34,244 nucleotides of DNA from a virus (lineage: Duplodnaviria > Caudoviricetes): positions 1 to 34,244 of IMG/VR virus record IMGVR_UViG_3300048597_000593; one strand, given 5' to 3'. Both the position numbers and the translations under genes were made by a program. The notes under the pieces were generated by a model. The model ran no database searches, had not been told where the DNA came from, and was given only the letters and a program-made list of their open reading frames with translations. Shown here piece by piece: positions 6,724 through 14,697 of this stretch. Positions within the stretch are counted from its first letter, which is position 1. Each line of letters starts with the position of its first letter.

Positions 6724-9363
6724 ATGGTCTGGAATTTAGTTGCTGGTCTGGGGATTTCCTTTGGGGCCCGTCTGCTGGGAGGGCTATTTGGTGGTGGCCG
6801 GCAAACCACTAGCCAAATTAATGAACAGGGATTTGTCAGTGATTTAACCCAGCCCGCCAGTCAGTATGGGGCACATATCCCGAGGGTCTGGGGAAATACC
6901 AGAATCACCGGCAATATGGTCTGGTGTGCGGAGCCCCAAGAGCGGGTAGACCAGTGGGACACAGAGCAGGTCAGTGGTGGTTCCCGCACCATCACCACCA
7001 ACCGCCAAGCCTATTACTATGGCCATGCCGTCTGGGTATTGTCCAGGGAGATTAGTTCTTTTCGGCGGGTGTGGGCCAATGACATTCTGATTTGGGAAGT
7101 GGGGGACAATATCCATCCTGAGCAACGGGCGAAATATTTCACCGACCCTAGCCTACCCCTCAATTCCGGCAACATTATTTCCCCTGGCCTTGATGCGTCC
7201 TTCTGGAATGGGGACGGCACTAACCCAGCCTTCCTTGACGATCGCCCCTACGGTTGGAATGACCGGGCCGTGGTTCAACTAGAAGAATTATTTCTAGGGC
7301 AATTTAATAATTCCTACCCGGCGATCGCCGTGGAGACCTATCGGGAAACGCCATTTTTCCTGAGCGAGATTATCACGGACTTAATGGTGGAAGCGGGCTA
7401 CGAGCCAGAACAGTTCGAGGTGGGGGAATTAGATGATATTTTTGTGCGGGGCTTTAGAACGACCAGCGCCGACAGCACCGAATCCTATCTGCGGCAACTC
7501 CAGCAAGCTTACTTTTTTGAATATTTTGAAAGCAACGGCAAAATAAAATTTATCAAAATTTTGCGCCCCTCCGTTGCCGCCAGCATACCCATCGCCGACT
7601 GTGCGGCCCATGAAGCGGGGGGGCAGGTGCCCGATGAAGCGGTGCAAGTGGAGGTCACCGCCGAGGATGACCTACCAAGCCGGGTGGAATTGAGCTATAT
7701 CAGCATTTTTGACTCCGTTTATGAGCGAAAAACTATCCTTTCTCCCCCCGTTAGGGTGGATCGGGAAAATATATTCTCTGTCAGCCTGGAAATCAGCCTG
7801 GCGGACTCAGATACAGAAATTATAGCTAATCGCCTACTGCAACTAGCCTGGAGTCAGCGGCGAACCTATAAATTTTCTCTGCCTCCTAAATACGGCTATT
7901 TGGAACCTGGGGATGTGGTGGCGTTGACTTGGTTGGGGGATGGGCCCCAGCAAGTGCAAATTACCCGCACCGATTGGGGAGCTAATGGGTTAATCAAAAT
8001 TGAAGCCCGTAGCTACAATCCCACTGTATTCAATGGGGCTTGGGTGCCTGCCCCGACGGAACCCGAAGAACCCGGTGGTGGTGGTAATTTCCCTGGTAAT
8101 CCTGGATCTTCCATACCGGATATTGTGCCCACTACCCTAGTGGCCCAAGAATTAGAGGCCAATGGCATTGGCTTATTCATCACCGCCGATCCGGGTTGGG
8201 TTGCGGCGCAATTATTTTATTCTCGGGACGACACCGATTACTTTCCCCTCGTTTTCACCCGCACTCTCTCCACCTCCGATGGTGGTAGCGGCTTCCTGTT
8301 GACGGGCTTTTACGGCAAATTCGATATTCTTCCCAGTGACGTGGGGGAAACCCTTTATTTCAAAGCGGTATCTGTCGGGCAGGACATTGACGATGCAACC
8401 GCCGTCACCATTGTCCCCACTGGACTTGGACTCCGAGGGGCGATCACGGGATTTTCCCCCACCCAAGGCCCAGAGGAAACCGCAATTTCCATCTATGGCT
8501 ATGGGTTCATCACCGCTACCGGCGCAGAAATTAACGGCACAGCAATAGACGATTTTCTCGTAGTGGACGATGGTACCATTACCGGCACAGTGGCGACGGG
8601 AACTACCACTGGCAAAGTTGTCGTATCCACTCCAGCAGGGGAAATCACCAGCATTACCGATTTTGTCTTGGCAGAACCCAGCATTGATTGGGGCCAGATT
8701 GGTGGAGAAATTCGTAACCAATTAGACCTTCAAGACAGGTTTAACAGAATTAGGCGTTATACAAACATTATTGGCAACGTCACTATCCCCAGCGTAGGTA
8801 ATACCGTAACCGTTACCCTAACTGACCCCGACGGCTTTGCCCCTACCGTCCCAGTCTGCCTATTCCGAACCGATACTGTTGGCAGTAGTAGTGGCTATGC
8901 CCAAATGTTGTGCATTGGGCGCACTGGAAGCACACTGACCCTAGAGAGAGATTCGATTGGACTGGTTACTCAAACCAGCTTCCTGGACGGGGATATTATT
9001 GCGCCAATTATTGACAGGGAAGTCAATATCTATGGTGGGCTGTCGGTTATCAGTCAAATAATAAATAAAGCTAAAAATATTGAATCAATCTCTGCGACTA
9101 AGACTTTAAATTTAGCGTCTGAATATTTTCAGTTTCTGACCCCCACTGTATCCAGTGTAATTGTCAGATTGCCTGCGGTTACCTTAAATGATTATTTTGA
9201 GGGAGAAATAATTAATGCCGGAAATGGGGATAATGCCTTAGTTGTTCAAGAAAGTGATTCTACTCCGGTAATTACTCTGTCCACTGCTGAAGTTGTCCGC
9301 TCAATTTATTATTATTGGGATGGGTCGATTTGGCGTATTTTTGAGAGGAACGTTTATGGCTAG
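6724..9363 (+). CDS. GTA-type tail/host-specificity protein (Phage-tail_3-like) with IPT/TIG-like domain
   Basis: SQYGAHIPRVWGNTRITGNMVW, RRVWAND, LPSRVELSY, LEPGDVV; AITGFSPTQG...IYGYGF Ig-like; WGQIGGEIRNQLDLQ fibre-type motif. Confidence 0.88.
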   Translation: MVWNLVAGLGISFGARLLGGLFGGGRQTTSQINEQGFVSDLTQPASQYGAHIPRVWGNTRITGNMVWCAEPQERVDQWDTEQVSGGSRTITTNRQAYYYGHAVWVLSREISSFRRVWANDILIWEVGDNIHPEQRAKYFTDPSLPLNSGNIISPGLDASFWNGDGTNPAFLDDRPYGWNDRAVVQLEELFLGQFNNSYPAIAVETYRETPFFLSEIITDLMVEAGYEPEQFEVGELDDIFVRGFRTTSADSTESYLRQLQQAYFFEYFESNGKIKFIKILRPSVAASIPIADCAAHEAGGQVPDEAVQVEVTAEDDLPSRVELSYISIFDSVYERKTILSPPVRVDRENIFSVSLEISLADSDTEIIANRLLQLAWSQRRTYKFSLPPKYGYLEPGDVVALTWLGDGPQQVQITRTDWGANGLIKIEARSYNPTVFNGAWVPAPTEPEEPGGGGNFPGNPGSSIPDIVPTTLVAQELEANGIGLFITADPGWVAAQLFYSRDDTDYFPLVFTRTLSTSDGGSGFLLTGFYGKFDILPSDVGETLYFKAVSVGQDIDDATAVTIVPTGLGLRGAITGFSPTQGPEETAISIYGYGFITATGAEINGTAIDDFLVVDDGTITGTVATGTTTGKVVVSTPAGEITSITDFVLAEPSIDWGQIGGEIRNQLDLQDRFNRIRRYTNIIGNVTIPSVGNTVTVTLTDPDGFAPTVPVCLFRTDTVGSSSGYAQMLCIGRTGSTLTLERDSIGLVTQTSFLDGDIIAPIIDREVNIYGGLSVISQIINKAKNIESISATKTLNLASEYFQFLTPTVSSVIVRLPAVTLNDYFEGEIINAGNGDNALVVQESDSTPVITLSTAEVVRSIYYYWDGSIWRIFERNVYG

Positions 9364-9706
9364 TAGTATTTATAAAGCTAGAAGTGGAGGGGCTTTAGAC
9401 TCTTTTGGATCTGTTTACATTGCTAGCCCTAGCAATAAAACAATCCCCCTGTTTACTGCTACTCGCCCATTTACAATAAACCAAGTCAGGGGGCTTGATC
9501 TGGGCGCAGGGACACTAACTTTATCCATTCAAATTAATGGCGTTAACGTCACCGGATTATCTAGTTTGAGTGTTACCACTACCGATCAAAATCTTACTGC
9601 CACCGCCGCCAATACCGGAGTGGCTGGGGATAGAGTAACCGCTGTGATCGCATCAGCGACCGAGGCGACAGACTTGGAGTTTACGATGGGGGTGACGTTG
9701 AACTAA
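9356..9706 (+). CDS. Beta-rich tail-associated protein (116 aa)
   Basis: ATG 9356 overlaps upstream gene end; T/A/G/V-rich. Confidence 0.7.
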   Translation: MASSIYKARSGGALDSFGSVYIASPSNKTIPLFTATRPFTINQVRGLDLGAGTLTLSIQINGVNVTGLSSLSVTTTDQNLTATAANTGVAGDRVTAVIASATEATDLEFTMGVTLN

Positions 9707-9864
9707 TGATTCTATTTTATGTGTTTGACGAGCCTAGCGGCGCACCAGTTAATGGAATTTTTGAATATTGTTCAACTAACCTAAGTGAATTTAATATACA
9801 GAATGTCAATGATGAATTTGAGTATTGCTCGACTAATATTAACGACTTTCCTTTACCACCATAA
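9706..9864 (+). CDS. Small protein with internal repeat (52 aa)
   Basis: Read manually: TAATG overlap; MILFYVFDEPSGAPVNGIFEYCSTNLSEFNIQNVNDEFEYCSTNINDFPLPP. Confidence 0.65.
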   Translation: MILFYVFDEPSGAPVNGIFEYCSTNLSEFNIQNVNDEFEYCSTNINDFPLPP

Positions 9865-9866
9865 CG

Positions 9867-10745
9867 ATGCCTAATTTAATCAACACCTATGCTGACAACG
9901 TTTTTTACAATTACGCAACGCCTCTAGTAAGAGGAGAGTCTGCGGCGATGAACAATACGGATTTTAATAATGGCCTAACCAATTTTTTTACCGAAAAACT
10001 AGGTGCTGTAGGTACGGCTTGGCGACAGGATAGTGGGTTTTGGTTTATGCGATTCCCTGCGCCAGGACTGGAAATGAAAACTGGAAACATGAGCAGTGGG
10101 ACGCAGCTTGGTTTTCAACGAGCGGCGGTTCGTTTTTTTGCTAGGACAGCGCAGATCAATGCTAATACTGCCAATACTAACAATCTCGACTTAGTTGGCG
10201 ACACGTTAAGTGTATCCCTAGGGACTTCAAATGCATCAAATGTCAGCTTCGCTTGCATTAATGATTACGCTCTGACCTTCTGTTACTTTACGGATAACAC
10301 GTTTTCAGTGCTCAGAAAGTTTTGTTATGTGGGTTGGTTGCGGGAACCGTCGTTTACAGGAACAAGCATAGGAGTGCGAGGGCTTTGCGTAATTAATCGA
10401 ACTAGCATTCCATCCTTAACCACCGTTAGACCAACTACGGAGAATGCCACTGCATCAACCAATCTATCCAACGCTGACAACTCCATTACCAATCCTCCTA
10501 TTACTTGCGGGGGAGACGCTAGCGACATAATTATTAGAGATGATTCCGCCCCGAACTATGCTATTGGTAAATTGTGGAATTGTGTTAGTTTGCCCAACGA
10601 AGCAGTGGTAGGGCAAATCTGGAAAAATACTGGGCCAGACGTTGATGGGTACACCGAGTCGGATAACACCAACAAATATCTGGTAGTAATGCCCTGGGGG
10701 GGGAGGAAATTGGGAATGAGAATTTGGACAGAGGGGTTTGTCTAG
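9867..10745 (+). CDS. Putative tail-tip / receptor-binding protein
   Basis: 292 aa, N/T/S/G-rich, last gene of tail operon; function inferred from position only. Confidence 0.6.
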   Translation: MPNLINTYADNVFYNYATPLVRGESAAMNNTDFNNGLTNFFTEKLGAVGTAWRQDSGFWFMRFPAPGLEMKTGNMSSGTQLGFQRAAVRFFARTAQINANTANTNNLDLVGDTLSVSLGTSNASNVSFACINDYALTFCYFTDNTFSVLRKFCYVGWLREPSFTGTSIGVRGLCVINRTSIPSLTTVRPTTENATASTNLSNADNSITNPPITCGGDASDIIIRDDSAPNYAIGKLWNCVSLPNEAVVGQIWKNTGPDVDGYTESDNTNKYLVVMPWGGRKLGMRIWTEGFV

Positions 10746-12286
10746 AGTAAAAAAGATACAATCTGATTAAATATTTGTTGCCCTGTTGCATTGATTGGCC
10801 AATTTGGAACCGAAAATACGTTGCTGTTAAATGGAGGATATCCATTGTTAGCATTAATTGCATCTGTTAGATGTCCGGTAAACGCAATTTCTTGCAAACC
10901 TGGGGGGGATGGGGTTGGGACAAATACTACGGTGTTTATGATGGCGTAATTAGGAGCGACAGCGTTAAATCCAGCGTGGTCTGATAGGTATAGCTCGGTT
11001 GGCTCTAAGCTTAAGTTCCTAGGATTATTTCGGTGATAGCTAAAAAATGCTTCGTTGATAAATATCAAAAACAAGTATTTTTCTGGTTCACTGGGATTGT
11101 CTCTATAATCTTCTGCAAGCCAGCTAACCCATCGCTCATTATTTATTCGAATAACAGGCTTCACGTATTTATTCGCCGTTTCTTCTGTGCCGTAAACCTG
11201 AGTGATCAATATATTCCTAAGTTCATCTATTGCGCTAGTTAATGGAGCAAGAACTTCAGACATTGATCCACTGCTATCATATATGGTGATTATGTAAGTT
11301 TCGTTGTCTATATCTACAGATATATCACCGCCACCTGAGCTACCTCCGCCTGGATCGCCGCCAGTTGATTTTACGGAGAGGCTGTTGAGGGCAAAGAGGC
11401 TTTCCCGATCGCCAATGTTTTCACCATAATAATTTTCGTCATGGGCTTCAAATTGGAGTCCGAGGGAATCGGTGTTAAAGCGGACAAGTTGCCAGGTTTC
11501 AGTTTGCCAGTCGTAGAAGTTGAAGGGGACTAGCTGACCACGGCAGAGGCGGAACATGGTAATCATCCTGGTCATTTCCGCCACATTGACCACCTTTGCC
11601 CCGATATTCCATTGGCTTTTACTGCCGGAATAATTGGACTGGCGATCGTCCCAGCCGGAGGGGAGGGCCATGATCGCCGTGGAGTAATTTAATCCCCCGG
11701 TGGTGCCGTAATCCTTGCCAATGCCCAAGTCAGCATCAATGGAAGCAGGGGGAACCTGGAGGGGAGCTTCGGGCCAAACTTTGCGGACTTCGGTGCAGGT
11801 CAATTCCTGTAAATTGAAAAGTCTTTCGCCATCGGGGGAATAGGCTTCAAAGCTGAGGGGAAACGCATCCTGGTCGAAGCGGACGGGCACATTGAACTCA
11901 CAGCTAATGGCACCGCCATCATCAACGATGGTTTCCTCTACCACAGCGGTAAGGAGGCGCTGAATGGTTTCTCCCCCCAGGCTATAGGTTTTAATTACGG
12001 ATTGTCGCCCTTCAATGACTGGACCCAAAGTGCCATCGGTTACTTGGTAATCTGTCCAATCCCGAATTTCAAACTCATTCAATCTGCCCTGGGCCGCTTC
12101 AAAAAAAGCCAGCAAATAATCCAACTCCTCTTTGTTGACCATGCGATTACCGATCGCCACTTTGAGGAGGGGCTGTTGGTAGAGGGCCCGGCGTTGTTCC
12201 ACCCCTGCCCGATTGCTGATGATGTCGGTGGCAAAGTTGAGGGAATAGGATGCCCCGTAATTGATACCTAAATCCAGAATGGCCAT
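10742..12286 (-). CDS. DUF2460-type distal tail protein, duplicated, with C-terminal vWA-like domain
   Basis: DLGINYGASY...GVEQRR and DLGIGKDYGTTGG...GWDDRQ repeats, PVRFDQD/VRFNTD; DSSGSMS MIDAS-like motif. Confidence 0.85.
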   Translation of the reverse strand: MAILDLGINYGASYSLNFATDIISNRAGVEQRRALYQQPLLKVAIGNRMVNKEELDYLLAFFEAAQGRLNEFEIRDWTDYQVTDGTLGPVIEGRQSVIKTYSLGGETIQRLLTAVVEETIVDDGGAISCEFNVPVRFDQDAFPLSFEAYSPDGERLFNLQELTCTEVRKVWPEAPLQVPPASIDADLGIGKDYGTTGGLNYSTAIMALPSGWDDRQSNYSGSKSQWNIGAKVVNVAEMTRMITMFRLCRGQLVPFNFYDWQTETWQLVRFNTDSLGLQFEAHDENYYGENIGDRESLFALNSLSVKSTGGDPGGGSSGGGDISVDIDNETYIITIYDSSGSMSEVLAPLTSAIDELRNILITQVYGTEETANKYVKPVIRINNERWVSWLAEDYRDNPSEPEKYLFLIFINEAFFSYHRNNPRNLSLEPTELYLSDHAGFNAVAPNYAIINTVVFVPTPSPPGLQEIAFTGHLTDAINANNGYPPFNSNVFSVPNWPINATGQQIFNQIVSFLL

Positions 12287-13137
12287 TAGTTAGTTGTCCC
12301 CCATTGTGCAAAGCCGGATTGCCCAGGGATGATGCCCTCGCCGCCATAGTTGAGGATATTGCCCCAGCGGTTCTGACAATCCTCCTCGGTTTTGAGGCAA
12401 TTTTCATAGGTCTCGAAGCTGTCCCCCGCTTCGATGTTGTAAGGGGTGGGGGATGCTAAGCGGAAGGTACTGCCATTGGAATAAATCACATTGCCCACAT
12501 AGCCCGCATTGTCCCCCGTCAACCATTCCACCGTTGACCCAGTGAACCGATTGTCGGCAAACGAATCAGCAACCGTGAACTGCAGGCGATCGCCGTTAGA
12601 TCCGGTGACGGTCTTGCTGACGTAGGTTAATTCCTTTTTGCAAAATTGATCGCCAAACTGATAGCGGCAATCCTTCTGACATTGCCAACCATTGCGGGCT
12701 TTGAGGTCATCCGCCAATCCTCGAAATTGTAGAGTGTAACGGCGATCGCCATAGTTGGTGATGCCTACCCGCCCCCGCACCAACAAATCATATTGCCGGG
12801 GTATGGCATCCAAATCGGTGGGTAAGCTGGCCCAATTGACCCGTATAAATTCCACCGTGGCATCCTCAAAAATGCCGCCATCCAATTCGGGGCGAGTCAC
12901 CTGATCGCCGAAAAAACTACTTATGGAAACTTGCCCGGAACCACTGAAATTACTATCCACATCGGTGGGGGCAAAGCCCTCGGCGGAGATGTAGGTTAGC
13001 CCGGCAAAGGTCAGGTCATGTTCAAAATCGGTGAACCCGAGGATTTCCCCGTCCTGTCGGATTACTCGCCAACAATGGGCAATGGTTTGGATGGTGCCGG
13101 CATTCCCGGTGGTGTAGGTACTGGCTAAAGCTTTCAT
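12286..13137 (-). CDS. DUF2163/BR0599-type baseplate hub protein
   Basis: CWRVIRQDGEILGFTDFEHDL, CRYQFGDQFC, CLKTEEDC...NILNYGG; start ATG 13137 with GGAGG. Confidence 0.9.
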   Translation of the reverse strand: MKALASTYTTGNAGTIQTIAHCWRVIRQDGEILGFTDFEHDLTFAGLTYISAEGFAPTDVDSNFSGSGQVSISSFFGDQVTRPELDGGIFEDATVEFIRVNWASLPTDLDAIPRQYDLLVRGRVGITNYGDRRYTLQFRGLADDLKARNGWQCQKDCRYQFGDQFCKKELTYVSKTVTGSNGDRLQFTVADSFADNRFTGSTVEWLTGDNAGYVGNVIYSNGSTFRLASPTPYNIEAGDSFETYENCLKTEEDCQNRWGNILNYGGEGIIPGQSGFAQWGTTN

Positions 13138-13160
13138 GGTTCCTCCCAGATTCCCTAGCC

Positions 13161-13177
13161 AGAATAAATTTATACAG
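13161..13177 (-). promoter_or_regulatory. Degenerate late promoter copy (CTGTATAAATTTATTCT)
   Basis: GTATAAAT core about 38 nt upstream of DUF2163 start. Confidence 0.55.
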
Positions 13178-13198
13178 GGGGGAGGAAGGATGGCGATC

Positions 13199-13354
13199 TT
13201 AGTCTTTAACGATTGCCCAACCCAGCATTGTTTCTTCATCGACAAAAAAACGATCCTCGGCTCTAGCCATGGCTATTTGCATTTCAGTTAGCCGATCAGA
13301 GGAAACAATTTTTGCGTTATCGGGGCATTTCAACAAAAAATCTCTTGCGTTCAT
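13199..13354 (-). CDS. Small hypothetical protein (51 aa)
   Basis: Read manually: MNARDFLLKCPDNAKIVSSDRLTEMQIAMARAEDRFFVDEETMLGWAIVKD; fills intergenic gap. Confidence 0.55.
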   Translation of the reverse strand: MNARDFLLKCPDNAKIVSSDRLTEMQIAMARAEDRFFVDEETMLGWAIVKD

Positions 13355-13531
13355 GGTTAATCATTTAGTAAAACAACACTTGTATTTTAACCGGGGCCAA
13401 GCTGGGCCAATTTGTGGCCAAAGGGACAATCCTTTCACAGACTGGGTTTTGGGGAATAGCAGCCAAAAAAGCGAAATAATCGCCAGGCGTGGACGAAAGG
13501 ATGGTGCGTCAGTGAATAAAAATTCTTCAGA

Positions 13532-13601
13532 TATAATCTGCGAACCCCTCACGGAACGACTAATTCCCAGGGGTTGTAACACCTTCGTAGCAGGTATCAC
13601 C
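13532..13601 (+). promoter_or_regulatory. -10 box plus two-hairpin leader
   Basis: TATAAT 13532-37; AACCCCT/AGGGGTT with inner GGAA-CGACTAA-TTCC; ACCT-N7-AGGT before ATG. Confidence 0.65.
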
Positions 13602-14417
13602 ATGGAAAGTATCGTAAGGCAAACTGCCACCACCCAAGAGTCTCCATTTGATTCCATTCGCCAAGTTGATGAGCACGGAAAAGAATTTTGGTCGGCCCGT
13701 GACCTGATGCCGATGCTGGGATACGCTAAATGGCAAAAGTTTAAAGATGTTATCGAGACGGCAGGGGAAAATCTTGAAACCGTTACAGGACAAGTGATTA
13801 ACCACATTACCCCTACGGATAAGATGGTTAAACGTCCCCAAGGTGGCGGAACTACTCAATTGGATTACAAGCTTTCTCGGTTGGCTTGTTACCATGTTGC
13901 TCTTTGCTGCGATTCCCGTGGCAATGACCAAGTGAAATTTGCCAAGCATTATTTCGCCGTCAAAACCCATCAAGCAGAAACCGTTATTCCCGAACTAGCC
14001 CAGGAAAATGAAACCCTACGGTTAATGCTGGAATTGGAGCGGGAACGCAACAAAGGAAAGCAGTTGGATTCAACAATGCTTCAACTTCATGGCGATCGGG
14101 TGGTATTGGCTTTGCGGGGACAGGCTGACGTGATTGTGGAGAAAGAAACTGTCATTACCGAGGTGGTGGAACCTGACACGGGCAAAACCTCTAAAATTCT
14201 GACAGCCGACCAACTAAAGCGGGCCGTCAAAGAACGGACAGGGCAGAAGCTTTCCACTGCCAAACAATTCACCGATGCCCTACGCAAAGCCGGACGGGAC
14301 GATCTGTTAGAACCAGTGCGACGTTCCCAGGTTGTGGAGTATGTCAAACCGGAATTTCTCAATGAGGCGATCGCCGTTGTCTATGGCAAATATCGGCAAC
14401 GATTGATTGGGGAATAA
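13602..14417 (+). CDS. BRO-N/DinD-like antirepressor-type protein
   Basis: FDSIRQ...EFWSARDLMPMLGYAKWQKF, DYKLSRLACY, AKHYFAVKT; start trimmed to 13602. Confidence 0.85.
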   Translation: MESIVRQTATTQESPFDSIRQVDEHGKEFWSARDLMPMLGYAKWQKFKDVIETAGENLETVTGQVINHITPTDKMVKRPQGGGTTQLDYKLSRLACYHVALCCDSRGNDQVKFAKHYFAVKTHQAETVIPELAQENETLRLMLELERERNKGKQLDSTMLQLHGDRVVLALRGQADVIVEKETVITEVVEPDTGKTSKILTADQLKRAVKERTGQKLSTAKQFTDALRKAGRDDLLEPVRRSQVVEYVKPEFLNEAIAVVYGKYRQRLIGE

Positions 14418-14479
14418 CCAAACCTTCGCCGTTAAGGAGGGACTGGCGACCCTGAATCCAAATAGAGTACATTCTTTAC

Positions 14480-14514
14480 TCCCGATCGCCGTTTTAGCCA
14501 TGTCGGGATTTTTT
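14480..14514 (+). terminator. Possible intrinsic terminator
   Basis: TCCCGA...TCGGGA followed by T run, between convergent genes; long loop. Confidence 0.45.
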
Positions 14515-14689
14515 ATTCTTTCCGTTCCCGTTTCATGTAACCGGCCACCGCTCCCAGGGCAAAGGTGATTATGTTTTCGGCGGCAGATAGGAAGTCAGCA
14601 TTGTCTTTCCACAGGGCACCGAACCACACTGCCACCATGAAGGCGATAACAGCCAGAATCAAATAGTCTTCGTCAAAATCAGGCAACAT
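14513..14689 (-). CDS. Small 2-TM protein, holin-like (58 aa)
   Basis: Read manually: AGGAGG RBS; MLPDFDEDYLILAVIAFMVAVWFGALWKDNADFLSAAENIITFALGAVAGYMKRERKE. Confidence 0.7.
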   Translation of the reverse strand: MLPDFDEDYLILAVIAFMVAVWFGALWKDNADFLSAAENIITFALGAVAGYMKRERKE

Positions 14690-14697
14690 AATTCCTC

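Noticed and set aside
6130-10760. Invertase-controlled (Gin/Cin or shufflon-type) tail segment
   Set aside because: No inverted repeats found at the ends by eye, no invertase in the window, and the segment has its own late motif; looks like a fixed rearrangement
8700-11340. Diversity-generating retroelement acting on tail-tip genes
   Set aside because: No reverse transcriptase and no template/variable repeat pair seen in the window
13269-13601. 111-aa N-terminal extension of the BRO protein
   Set aside because: Crosses a -10 box, a structured leader and an opposite-strand small ORF; the domain starts after Met at 13602
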